A DNA stretch of 64,000 nt. Source: Octopus sinensis. Its lineage: Eukaryota. A model generated the notes under the pieces. It made no database searches, was not told where the DNA came from, and saw only the letters and a list, made by a program, of their open reading frames with translations. The translations under genes and the position numbers were made by a program. Numbering within the stretch: the first letter of the stretch is position 1; every line of letters starts with the position of its first letter. This document shows positions 38,938 to 51,830 of the stretch, piece by piece. The stretch is taken from positions 27,354,464 through 27,418,463 of the forward strand of contig NC_043011.1 in assembly GCF_006345805.1 (NCBI RefSeq), in the 5' to 3' direction.

Positions 38938-40319
38938 CTAAATGGTTTAGGCACCATCTGCTGGCAAGTCCCAACGTTTCATGTCACGGAAAAAAAATCA
39001 AAGATGAATTAGAAACAGCAATATTTGCTTCTAATTCATATATACATGGCACTAGCTTGATGAGTGTCGATGCACGAAACTTTCCGCCCTTGTGCTATCC
39101 TGTTGTGCCTGCTAAATATTAATAAATATATATTCAGCCCAAGCCCAAGATACTACGGTTTCCTCCAAGCTCTGTTGCGCCCCAAACGTCTGTGTGAAAA
39201 GAAATAAATTAGAATTGTTTCTTTAGATCGGTGAAAATAGTTATCGATTTCCATAAATCATCTTTTATTCTGAATTTTCATTATATTTCTCATGCAAATG
39301 AAAATACCTTGCGCGTAACTTGATTGCCATAATTTAGCATTCTATAATTAAATACGGGCAGAATGAATGTGGTTGAGTAACAAAGGATTATGTAGTGTTT
39401 CTCATTAATTAAATTTAAGACTCCCTCATAAAATCATATATTTTATGCTATAAATGTTCGACTGTTTCCATGCAGTGTTTCATCTTTATGATTTAATATC
39501 TGCAAAATTTAAATATTTTCAGGGAAGGCTGCATAGTTACCCCCACAAATATTCTGTATCGTGCCTATGCGAAAGTGAGTGTATGAGTGTTTGTGTATGC
39601 ATCTTTGTATATGTTTGTGCGTATACAAATATATGTTAGTTATAGGGTCCAAAATGACCTGGTGGTTAAGAAGTTCGCTTTGCAGGTAAGAATTTCAATA
39701 TGCAAACCGAGTGCGCAGCCTATAGTTGTGGTGAAAGAATACAGCAGGATTCGCCGCCACCCCTGCCGGAGCCTAGTACAGATTTAGGTGTTTTTGCTCA
39801 ATAAACACTCACAACGCTCAGTCTGGGAATCGAAACCGCGATCCTATGACCGCGAGTCCGCTACCCTAACCACTGGGCCATTGCGCTTCCACACTGCGTC
39901 TATAATTGAAAGGCAATTACTGGTTACCCAAATTCCAAGGTAATAGTGATCCTCATCCTTTCTTTTTGATAAGGGTACACTCATAGAAAAATCATACAAG
40001 TGTAAACACTGGCAGAAACATACTTTTTACTCATATAAATGATAACGATAGTCACTGTGGTTTGAACAATTAGCTTAACGTGCACTCCACTTCAATAGCG
40101 AAATTCTTTCCCAAGCCTTTGCACATTCTTTCAATCAACGTACCCTTCCCTCTCCACTTGTTCCCTACCTATTATTCCTTTAACCCTTCTCTTCCTACTA
40201 TCTATCTTTGACGTCAATTCTTCTAAGGGTTTTTTTTAAAACACTCATTATCGTTTTGTTTACCATATAGGCAGTCATCGAAATTTTTGTTTGTCGTGTT
40301 GTCGAGAAAGGCTCTCTTT

Positions 40320-40401
40320 CTTTCCTGATGAGAAGATTGCATAATGCACCCTTTATTCCTTTGGAATGAAACCATGTTGTCTTTGAAACATATGTCGAGA
40401 G
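40320..40401 (+). ncRNA. Near-canonical minimal type I hammerhead ribozyme
   Basis: Stem I ctttc/gagag, CTGATGA 40325-40331, stem II gaaga/tcttt with a large insert, GAAA 40385-40388, C-ATAT-G palindromic stem III, GUC triplet with predicted cut after 40396. Confidence 0.65.
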
Positions 40402-40443
40402 TAAAGGAATTTTGTTAACGTCTTCGTTCGACTCCATTCTTTC

Positions 40444-40479
<36 letters not shown>

Positions 40480-40796
40480 CAGCATACACACTGACACATC
40501 CTATAGCACACCCCACATACATGCATATATGTATATTAGTTTTAAGTATAACTCTCCGAAGTTATTTGCTTTCTCTTCTATATTAGGTTGGAAAGGAAGT
40601 CCATTTGCATTTCAAGATGAGAAAGTAACAAATGGTTCATTTGTCTTGAAGTATTTAATGAAAATAGTATTCCCCCCTCTTTGTATATATCATAATCCTA
40701 TTTGTATGACAAATTGTGGTCCCTTAGGCTTAACATTCTTCCGATTTCGAACAAAGAAACACTTGATATAATTTTTAACGTCTTCACAATTAATAA

Positions 40797-43012
40797 CACT
40801 GGGCAACAAAAAATTGTTTTTGTCTGGCCCCTGGAATACTTCAACGAATTCTTAATTGGTTTTCCTGCTAAATTAAAAAAATAACTTCAGTTTTTCTCTA
40901 TCAGAAACTAGTCAGAAAACTAGATCTGATAGAGTAAGTATTTTATTCATACAAGAGGCACATAATATGAATCAATAAAGAGAGCGTAACACAAAATAAA
41001 ACAAAGTACAAATAAAAATTCAAAGTTGAAAATGCACATTGGCAAAGATGCAAACATCTTTGCTAATGTGCATTTTCAACAAGTGCAGAAGATTCAAGGA
41101 ATGAATTTCTGTATCTTTGTGCACCGTGAATGTTGAGCAACAGGTGTATCTCGTTGTAAACACCAGCCATAGTCTGCCATCATCACAGCTTCCCAACATC
41201 CTTGGTGCCAAGTTTTCATCTCCTTGATGTCGTGATGGAATCGTTTGCCTTGTTCATCACTAACATCTACGAGATTTTCAGGAAACCAATCAAGATGACT
41301 AAAAAGATAATGCATTTTGAAATTGATATTCGCGCCATTATCACGAGAAGTTGATATCAAGATGGTAACAAGGTCTTTATAGTTTTCACTTTTGTGTTTT
41401 CCAAGGAAATTTTGCACTACTTTTGCAAAGGCTATCCAAGCTGATGCTTCATTTTCGCTCATCGTTTTCACAAAATGTGTGTCCTTCAAGAGCTTACGGA
41501 TCTGTGGTCCATCAAAAATAATCCCTGCTTTAAGTTTTTCAATCTTCAAGTCTGGAAATACACTGCATATATACATGAAGCACTCACCATTTTTATCAAG
41601 AGTTTTGACGAATTGCTTGATCAATCCGAGTTTTGATGTGCAAAGGGGGGGGGGCGATCTTATCTCGCTTAACTAAGGGTTCTTCCAATATATTGGCAGC
41701 TCTACATGGATCCATGTTTATTTTGGTGGCCAGTCCTTCTTAACATAGTGTGTTACTCGGTCTCTACTGTCCCACAGGCAAAGAAAGCATGGGTATTTGG
41801 TATAACCAGATTGCTGTCCATGACAAAATTCACTATCTTTAAGTCAACGCAGATAACCCATTTCTGATCATGATACAGTATCGTCTGTAAAACCAACTTA
41901 ATTTCTACATATTTTTGCCTCAGAGATTTTGAGTTGCCAAGTGGGACAGAACCACATACATTTCCGTTGTGCAACGATACACATTTTAAACTACGTTTAG
42001 AGCTGTCTGTGAAAAGGCGCCATTCCTCTGGTTTGTATTCCTCAATGGCAAGTTTATTTAGAAGCCCACTGACATCCCTGCAGTAAACCAGCTCTTCCTT
42101 TTTTTGTGAAGAAAGAAAGGAAAGCTTCATGTGGACTGCGATAAAAAGTTATACAGATACCATTCCCTAGAAGATTCTTCTCTTTCAGTCGGGAAGCCAA
42201 CAGTTCTGCAGAATATTTTGTGAGGTTCAAGTTGCGAAATAAATCATTCAGCTCTACGTGAGAGAATAGCGGTGGTAAAGCCTCAACTGAAAAGTCTTAA
42301 TCTCTAGTGTCATCTTCAGGTGATGAAACTTCTTTGGTTGAGGGTAAAGTCATATGAGGCAAGACAAAGAAGACAGGAACAGGAAGCAGAAGCAAGATTA
42401 GGATAGACAAGCGTCTGTCGATTTTGCCGGTTAATACCCTTCAACTTTAGTTTACAAAAATAATAGTCGTCCAGGTGATTATAGGACTCCCTCCATAGCA
42501 CTGGTATAGCAAACCTCATGTTTTTCATTCTCCCTTTAACTCATTGTCGTGGATGTTCTGTACATTGTTTGTAGACACTATGCGGTGCCCAGTATTTATC
42601 TTTGTCCCCTAGTTTGACCCCGAAATATGCCATATACGCTCTTTCAACAAAATCAGTGATGTCTTTTTGATTTTCAGGTAATGTGTATTCTTCACAAACA
42701 TAACAAAACACATTTGGAGAATTAACGCAACACTTCCTGGAAGAGGACATCTTCCTTATTTTCTATTGCTCAGTCCACCACAACATCTAAAAAGTATAGG
42801 AAAAGAGAAAAAAAAGCTTAGAATTAGAATAAGGTAACGAACACTGTGTACTGGACGTACATACATACATAGTGACTATAGGGATTTCAATAACTTAAAA
42901 ACTGGATCTGATAGGTCAAAGTCAAAAAGAAGGTTGTATATGGATTCAGGAGAGCGATTTTGTATAGGAATGATGTCTGTTTCCTAAACACCAAAAGCGT
43001 TGTAGACCAGAT
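40797..43012 (-). mobile_element. Chapaev3-like (CMC) DNA transposon, near full length, frameshifted
   Basis: N-terminus MSSSRKCCVNSPNVFCYVCEEY...AYFGVKLGDKDKYWAPH and MRFAIPVLWRE; C-terminus FDGPQIRKLL...KMHYLFSHLDWFPENLVDVSDEQGKRFHHDI. One end is CACTGGGCAACAAAAAA at 40797, the other end is degraded, and a subterminal ct(a/g)gatctgatag motif lies near both ends. Confidence 0.8.
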
Positions 43013-43019
43013 CTCTACG

Positions 43020-43600
43020 ATCGTCCAATGATGGATGCCCTTTTTGAAAACTGTCCTGCAATACTTCTTTGCGTTTCAGTTTAACTCTTCATGACAGACG
43101 ACATGTTTCATTTCTCACTAAACACAAAACATATTTGCTTTTGGGCGTAGTTCATGTTCTGGAATGTATTCTCTTCTTTCACTGAGTGCTTACCATTGTC
43201 ATTTTTCGTTGGATATGTTTATAGAGAACCTACTTTTTATCACTAGTTATGATTACTCCAGGAAGGTTAGGTAGCAAGTTTACTCTTCCTTGGTGAGCAG
43301 ATGACAACGCTTTCATTAAGCTGATAAGCGGTCTGATGAGAAACGACCAACTGACCAAGTGTAGACCTTCTTCCTTCTTCATGAAGATGGTTTATGATCA
43401 AAATATGATTCTAATCGGTTTTCCCTCAGCTACGATTTTCAGAATCTCGATATTGACAGATTTGAATCGGTCCAATCAAAGGGAATCTGCCAGAGAAAAA
43501 TATCTTGGGCCCAACAAACATTGTCATATCTGGACATTCAAAACTTCATTTAATACACAGACAGAGTATTTCTTACTACGCCGACTGCTGGAGAGCCCTT
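43020..43600 (-). mobile_element. Decayed mariner transposase remnant
   Basis: Minus-strand LDRFKSVNIEILKIVAEGKP (HTH RFKSG...GRP-like) and FKKGIHHW C-terminus-like segments. Confidence 0.5.
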
Positions 43601-43910
43601 TCTGAATTCAAACACCATGCAGTGTTTGAAACAGGTCTAATCTAAACTCATTTTGAATGGTTAAATCAATGCAAATTTAATTACTATAGTATAAAGTAAT
43701 GAAGAAAGACAGAAAGAAAAGTGTATAGAAACAAATGCTTATTTTACAATAAGAATTGAAAAAATACCCTCAAAGTTATTGTGAAAATAATGCGACCCAA
43801 CTTTTTTCCAACTTAATAATGGAATTAAGTTTCTATATAAAAATAACCGAACACGTATTCACACATCTATCTTTGTCTAACTTTGTCTGTCTGAATATCT
43901 GTCTCTCTCA

Positions 43911-43942
<32 letters not shown>

Positions 43943-44372
43943 ATCTATATATTTATGTGTATGAGTATGTATGTGTGCATGTGTATGAGTGAGGCGTGAG
44001 AGTGTTGTGTTTGAAGTAATTGTTAATGTAAGCTGTTAGGATTGTCGAGTGCATATGAACATTGAATTATGACATTTTGGATACAAAATCACGCAGCAGG
44101 GTCGTCTGGATGGTGACAAATTCGAGCGGTTCTGTGTGGGAAATATATTTTCTTCGTTATGTATGTATTTGCAGCGAGCAAAATTAAATTTCATGCATAC
44201 ACACACAAACACACACATACGCACAAACGCATGCGCGCACACACACACATGTGTAGGAATCTATATATACATCATACTTAAAGCGATTTAGTGTTTAACG
44301 CCTGTAAATCTGCGACATTCGTCTAGAGAAAGTTTTCGTATTAACGTATAGTGTTAAAATATGCATAAACAT

Positions 44373-44554
44373 AGGCGCAGGAGTGGCTGTGTGGTAAGTA
44401 GCTTACTTACCAACCACATGGTTCCGGGTTCATTCCCACTGCGTGGCACCTTGGGCAAGTGTCTTCTACTATTGCTTCGGGTCGACCAAAGCCTTGAGAG
44501 TGGATTTCGTAGAGGGAAACTGAAAGAAACCCGTCGTATATATATACATACATG

Positions 44555-44590
<36 letters not shown>

Positions 44591-44615
44591 CAGTACTGCC
44601 GAAAAAAGATTCGTA

Positions 44616-44679
<64 letters not shown>

Positions 44680-44893
44680 TGTATGTATGTCTGTTTGTCC
44701 CCCCAACATCGCTTGACAACCGATGCCGGTGTGTTGTTTACGTCCCCGTAACTTAGCGGTTCGGCAAAAGAGACCTATAGAATAAGTACTAAGCTTACAA
44801 AGAATAAGTCCTGGGGTCGATTTGCTCGACTAAAGGCGGTGCTCCAGCATGGCCGCAGTCAAATGACCGAAACAAGTAAAAGAGAAAAGAGAA
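44373..44893 (+). mobile_element. SINE family A (A1) with expanded internal microsatellite and a ~30-bp insertion
   Basis: Full-length; cagtactgccgaaaaaagattcgtagtttt sits inside the (TA)n block. Confidence 0.95.
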
Positions 44894-47194
44894 AATATCA
44901 ATATCAAACAAACACTCTCTCGTGGTATTGATAATACTTATTTCTGCATAGAAGGTACTTACTACTAATGATGTATTTTAGTCATTTAGCTTCGACAAAG
45001 TGAGCGATGGTAGTCCTTATAACCGATATCATTCGTTGCGTATTATTTTATTTTATCGACTCCTGAAGATTTAAAAGGTGAAAAGTTAAATTCTGTGGCA
45101 TTTAACCTCAGAACATAATATGCCCCGACTTGATACTTCCTGACGTCCTGCTCTGGAAACAACTAAATTCTAATTTTCTGATATTGGTTTCAAATTTTGG
45201 CCCAAGGCCAGCATTGGCAGGGAAAAGTTTAAGTCGATTACAACAACTCCAGTACTCAGCTGGTGCTTATGTTATCGACCCCGAAACGACGTAAAGACGG
45301 ACAAAATGCCGTTAAGCATTCTGCCCGATGTGCTAACAATTCTGTCACATCGCCGCCTTGCACGTGACGACTTGAAGGGTGATTAGTCGATTATATCGAT
45401 CCTAGTTCTTATGCTTTAAAGTCTGTTTCTTATTTTGATGATCATTATTTGTCACCGCTACACTGTTTTTATATAACACACACACACGACGGGTATCTGT
45501 AGTTTCATTCTATCAATGTCACTCACAAAACATTGGTCGGTCTAAGTCTATAAGGGAAGACATTTTCCAAAGATGTCAAACGGTGGAACCGAACACATGA
45601 TACCACCTGATTAAGAAACGAACATTTTAAACACCAAAGCCACGCCTACCGTTTATTTATTATTTTATTTATTTATTATTGTCTTGTCAGGTGAAATTGA
45701 CTCAGTGTTTCTCTTGAACAGTTGCATTAACAGATTAGTTAGACAAGGTGTATAGACACTATTTTAACGAAAGAAGAAAAAGACTAAAAAAACCCATTAA
45801 GCTTTGATATTCATGTATTTTTCAATGGAATTGCTCACAAAAGTCAAAGGAAATGTTTTTATCTACACAACAAAAATTGCTCTGAGATTTGACTGTGTGA
45901 TGTTCGCTCATTGCAATATTTTCTGTAATATTTTATTCATCATAAATGCTTTCAAATTCTTTCTGTTCTCAGTCACTATCTATATCCCTCTCTTACCCAG
46001 TCTCTCATAAATTTTCTTCCATTCAGTGTGAATCGAAGATCCAATTATGTAAGATATGCAATCTTTCTAAAATATAGTAATAGTAATCAGATTCAAATAA
46101 CCAATACACGCTTCCATTTTCACTGTTCCCGGTACATCGCCAAATCGTCTTGAATTTTCCTTGATAATGTCAGAACGGCGTTTTCTTTTTATATTTTGCT
46201 TGCTTTACAATTTGTTCATACTGTGCAGTAAAATGTCAAGCTAATATATTTAAATGTTCGATTATTTTTCTTTCGTTCAGCATTATTAATAATGTTATTT
46301 TTTTTCTATTATATAATGTCGCTTATGATAAGAAGCAATCCAATCACAAAAGTCATCTGTTGTTTTTCTTCTTCTTAAAGAGGTAGTCAAAACATCAGTT
46401 TTGATATATTTTTAAGCTTAAGCTCACACATCTCTCAATAAAGATTACATATCTCTCAATAAAACTCACCTATATCTCTATTAAGATAAACTACGTCTCA
46501 AATATATATATATATATAGCTAAAATGTAGATTATTGGAAAATAAATCCTAGTCCACAGACCACAATGCATTCCGGACGTTGGTAATGGTCGCTAAGCTT
46601 TCTTTTATTTTGGTGAATGAAGAATGTTGGAAAGAAAATAGATACGAACGAAAGGAAACGACGAAGAAAGTGATGGAGAGGACGCGAGAACGTGTTACGG
46701 TGTAAATAAACGTTACATTCTTTATGTAATAAACAGCTACTCACAGTTATAATTACATTGTGTTTGTTGTTTAGAGTTGGGTAAACAGAATCGAGAATTA
46801 GTTTGTGAAAACTAGGAAGGAAATACAGGCTGGAAAGCTTGTTTTAAGATATAAGATGTGTATAATACGCATTAATTGAACATAAGTATAAACATCATGT
46901 CACTGAAAAGATTATGATGAAGCTGATATACAAGATAGTTATATATATATGTAAATGGTGTATGTATAACTATGCCTATATATGAATGGCATGCATGCAT
47001 ACATACGTACATACATACACGCGCGTATGTCTGTCTATCTGCTTGTGTGCATGTGCGTGTGTTTTTACGTATGTATCTATTCCTCTCTCTCCTATGTCTG
47101 TCTCTCTCGCTCTCTCATGTTCTTCTCTCTCTCTCTCTCTCTTTCTGAATGGATACTCAAACATGGGGTCACTTACGATTGCGGTTTATATTCT

Positions 47195-47710
47195 TTTCTA
47201 CTCTAGGCACAAGGCTCGAAATTTTTGGGGAGGGGGCCAGTCAATTAGATGGTCGACACTACGCAACTGGTACTTTATTTATCGACCCCGAAATGACGAA
47301 AAGCAAAGTCGACCTTGTTTGTCCCCTCTGTGTTTAGCCTCTTGTGGATAAGTAAAGAAATAGGTATTTTGTCTGCCGCTACGTTCTGAGTTCAAATTCC
47401 GCCGAGGGCGACTCTGCCATTCATCCTTTCGGAGTCGATTAAATAAGTACCAGTTACACATTGGGTTAGATATAATCGACTTAATCCGTTTGTCTGTCCT
47501 TGTTTGTCCTCTTTGTGTTTAGCCCCTTGCGGGTAGTAAAGAAATAGGTATTTCGTCTGTCTTTACGTTCTGACTTCAAATTATTTCAAGGTCAACTCTG
47601 CCTTTCATCCTTTCGGGGTCGAAAAATTAAGTACCAGTAACGTACTGGAGTCGATCTAATCGACTGCCACCTCTCTTTAAAATTTCGGGCCTTATGCCTT
47701 GAGTAGAAAA
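47195..47710. mobile_element. Composite SINE B cluster: inverted tail-2 unit followed by head-to-tail units
   Basis: 47195-47315 is the reverse complement of a B tail-2 end; plus-strand units follow at ~47360 and ~47545, and the cluster ends in tail 2. Confidence 0.85.
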
Positions 47711-47936
47711 AAAACTGAAATGAAAGTCTTCCAGTCTTGACCATTTGGTGTCTAGAACTACATTATCCAATGAACACTCTTTAAGAGGACAGAGTTTAAT
47801 CTGATAAACTCATGGTGAGAACGTCAAATACATATAGAAGTCTAAATCCTCTGGGAAAATCTTTCATGAGATATAATCCTATATTGAAAGAGTTTTGAAC
47901 ATGTCATGGATCTTATTTACTATAGACAAGTGTGAA

Positions 47937-48215
47937 GGCGCGTGGCTTTTTGGTTAGGGTATTCGGCTCGCGATCGTAGTGTGTTCGATTCCCAGCGGCG
48001 CATTGTGTCCTTGGGCAAAGCGCTTTATTTCATGTTACCCCAGTCCACTAAGCTGGTAAAAATGTATTTCAAAAGGCCGGCCTTGTCACATTTTGTGTCA
48101 CTCTCAATCTGCCTGAGAATTACGCTAAGGATACACGTATCTACGGTTTGTTCAGCCACTTGCACGTTAATTTTACGAGCAGGTTGGAACCCTCGTCGTA
48201 GTAACCGAAGAAGTG
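47937..48215 (+). mobile_element. SINE family C
   Basis: Colinear with 445-770. Confidence 0.8.
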
Positions 48216-48879
48216 CTAGTTTGTTTGAGCCTTAAGCAGATAAATGTTTGAAGGGGAAGGGGAATGGAAATTGAAATCGGATAGAGAAATTGGCAGCTTA
48301 AGACTTTTATAGCTCTAAGGCTTTTTCTCCTTTCAATATAATCAATAAACTCTAATCATTACAACTAATATTCACGTACTCCCATTTTTAAAAGAATTTC
48401 CAATTAAAGTTAAATTAATTCTAAAATCAAATTTTAATATTTTTTAGAGTGTTAATTAGTAATTTTATGTTGTTATTACACACGAACATTTCACTCCTGT
48501 TTTGTTAGTGATCAAGAATAACGGTCGATAGATTAGGAAATAACCGGTGTTAATAGGCCATAGAGCATATCCTAGTTATATGTTTATTTTCAGGTTTACA
48601 TTTGGGGAGCAATTTGAAATGATTATTGGACTCGCAATTAAAATGACTAGTTGTGTATGCACTTCTGATCGATAATTTCAATATCTTTCAAAACAACAGA
48701 CATTCAATAATTATTAACGTGCAGCTGAGAATACATATTACCCAACAATACATCAGCCACACGTAAAAATTATGTTACCTTTTTCAGATTAAACGAATAA
48801 TTTATGCTAATTAATCTGTGAAGGACAGTTCTTTAACCTACTGGTGAAAAAATAGAGAGTAATTATGATTTTGTGGTAA

Positions 48880-49675
48880 CAAGTTTGCTTCCCAACCACA
48901 TGGTTCTGAGTTCAGTTCCACCGCGTGGAATTTTGGGCAAGTATCTCCTACTATAGTCTTGGGCCGGCCAAAGCCTTGAGGGTGGATTTGATAGACTGAA
49001 ACCAAAAGAAGCCCGTCGTATATATTTATATATGTCTGTCTGTGTGTGTGTGTGTGTACCAGGCTTAGAAGAAAATAGATAAGTACTGGGATCGATTCAG
49101 TCAACTCAAAATTCAAGGGAGTGCACCAGCATGGGCGCAGTCTAATGACTGCAACAAGTAAGAGAAATGTACATCATATACTAGTCAAAACGCATGCTTA
49201 ATGGTGGGAACATCAAGTGTACGTTATAGCAATGACAGAATTTCTTTGCAAATTGCAGGGAGGTGTTTCAAAAGGTGTAGGAGTGGCTGTGTGATAAGCA
49301 GCTTTCTTACGAACCACATGGTTCCAGGTTCAGTCCCACTGCGTGGCACCTTGGGCGAGTGTCTTCTACTATAGCCTCAGGCCGAGTGGATTTGGTAGAC
49401 GGAAACTGAAAGGTGCCCGTCGTATATATGTATGTATATATATATGTATTTGTGTGTGTATATGCTTTTGTGTCTGTGGTTGTCCCCCCAACATCGTTTG
49501 ACAACCGATGCTGGTGTGTTTATGTCCCCGTAACTTAGCAGTTCGGCAAAGGATACCGATAGAATAAGTACTAGGCTTACAAAGAATAAGTCCTGGGATC
49601 GATTTGTTTGACTAGAGTTGGTGCTCCAGCATGGTCACAGTCAAATGACTGAAACAAGTAAAGGAGTAAAGAGAG
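48880..49675 (+). mobile_element. Two SINE family A copies (48880-49165 internally deleted; 49273-49675)
   Basis: Colinear with the family A consensus seen elsewhere in the window. Confidence 0.9.
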
Positions 49676-50165
49676 AGTGTTGATATATTGATAAATAGCC
49701 ATTATTAGCGGTTTGGCTGATATTAGCATGCACCAGAAAATAATTTGCTTATTGAATTCTATAAAGAACTACAATGCTACAATGGAATCATTGATTCAGG
49801 AGTGGCATTTCCTGAAGATAGACAACCAGGTCGAAATATTGCGTTATCTCAAAGAAAACGTACGTTAGTGAATCGAATGTGTTATGAATGCACATTGTTT
49901 GAAAGAAGTTGTTCTCTGAAGAGTCAACACAGTAACGATTAGGTTGTTTCGGTTCAAATCTGCTGAAATGTATTAAGAGTGAATATGTAATTATTTTGGT
50001 AGAGGTAGGAACAGATTAAGCCAGTTTTCTTATAGCACATGTTGTCACAGGCCACGGTAATTTATCTAATCTACATGATCGCTTAATGTACTGGAAATAA
50101 TAAGTCAATTCTCCCTTAAATTATAACTTACATACTGAAATATGGTAGACAGAAAGAAGAAAAGA

Positions 50166-50398
50166 GGCGAGCTGGCAGAATGGTTAAGCATGCCGGGCGA
50201 AATGCCTAGCGGAATTTCGTCTGCCGTTACATTCTGAGTTCAAATTCCGCCGAGGTCGACTTTGCCTTTCATCCTCTCGGGGTCGATAAATTAAGTACCA
50301 GTTACGCACTGGGGTCGATGTAATCGACTTAATCACTTTGTCTGTCTTTGTTTGTCCCCTCTATGTTTAGCCCCTTGTGGGCAATAAAGAAATAAGAA
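50166..50398 (+). mobile_element. SINE family B monomer (tail type 1)
   Basis: Complete head ggcgagctggcagaa through tail gccccttgtgggcaataaagaaat. Confidence 0.9.
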
Positions 50399-51389
50399 GG
50401 ACGAAAAGAGTAAATAAAATAAGAAGGGAATGCAATGGAATGTACGTGTAAGAAATAACATGTTCCCATTCAAATCTGCCGGAATGTATAAAGAATGAAC
50501 ATGTCAGCCATTGTTTCGATTCTCGCTGTTCGTTTTATTGTTTTAGTTCATTCATCAACCAACTTTATGTACGTAATTAGTGAAAGCTCATGTAAAGGAA
50601 ATCGTGTTATTAGGTTGATTGACTACGATGATTTTATTCTTATTGTTACTTGTTTCAGTCAATGGAATGCGGCTATGTTGGGGCACTGCCTTCAAGGATT
50701 TAGTCTAGTGATTTCCAACGTGGGGCATATGCCCTACCGATGGAGCCTGAGAAAGTTGTGGGACATGGTGTCGTAATCGTCAGACACAAGTTTCTCATTG
50801 AAGTGAGTCACTTTTTTTTCTTAGTCAACAATGTACTTTCTTTTTGTACTCAATACTTAATAAAAGAGATACCGGTAGATTCTTTTGTAATAAGTAATTG
50901 TGATAAAATATTAAAAATAAAGTTGCTTTTTCCAGCCACCGGTGGGGCATGCATTTTTGTGGAACGTTATAGTGAGACCTGGAGGAAAATAGGTTGGGAA
51001 ACTGGTGTATTCGAACAAATTGACCCTAATCTATCGGTATATATTGTCCGAACTACTAAGTTACAGTGACTTCAAAAACCCGCACGGATTGTCAGTCGGT
51101 GGTGGGCAACATAAACACACATATATGGTGTTTTTTTTAAAGTTTCTGTTGAGCCAATCCACTCACAAGATTTTGGTTGACTCGGGGTTGTACTGGAAGA
51201 TACCTGGCTATGTTGATGCGCAGTGGGACGTCTTATCACACAGTCATGCCTGCACCTTGTGACTTTATTGTAGTTATTACATTTCGGTATAGCAGTAAAA
51301 AAAAAACCTTTAAAAATACATTGCTTTCAACCTTTATAATCAAAGCCCAATCGTTCGTCGTTAAATACCGTAATTTCATTCATTACGTT

Positions 51390-51830
51390 CTGGCAATATG
51401 AAGGTGTAGCAGGAGCCAGACTGATGATTACTGAGGCAGCGCAGTTTGGGGTGATGATTCCTCATGAGGAGTTCTTTCTAGATGACGATTCTTCTTCGTT
51501 TGGTATAAAAGCATTCATAACGTCTTAGAGCTTATATTTCTTAAGAACAAATACTAACAAGTCCCACATACTGAAAGTATTTTTCCAATTTTCGTTGCAG
51601 CACGCTGGCAGCGGCATTTCTTCCGGCAATATGACCTTAGTCAAGCATTCGCGAACCACTTGTGTCTCCTCCACTCATTAGTCTTTTGCGTCTACTCTCG
51701 TACCCAGTCTTTCACTCTCACAACATTAGTCGTCTGGAACTCCCTATCTACTCAAATATCACACAAATATTAACTTGCAACGGTTCCAGACGAGCATTAA
51801 TGGCATTAATTCTTAGCAGAGACATCGAAA
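51390..51830. mobile_element. CR1/L2-like LINE remnants
   Basis: Minus MNAFIP...TPNCAASV (51.4-51.5 kb) and plus SRTQSFTLTTLVVWNSLS (51.7 kb) weakly resemble CR1/L2 linker and 3' motifs. Confidence 0.35.

Noticed and set aside
43331-43350. ggtCTGATGAGAAAcgacc hammerhead-like string
   Set aside because: There is no stem II between the core and GAAA, and it lies inside a mariner remnant.
49805-49850. CTGAAGA...gac/gtc GAAA motif, and a similar weak motif near 54985-55010
   Set aside because: Stem register and stems I/III do not close, so they are too degenerate to call.
51340-51528. Open frame WQYEGVAGARLMITEAAQFGVMIPHEEFFLDDD
   Set aside because: No splice signals or start; the opposite strand better fits a CR1-like LINE remnant.
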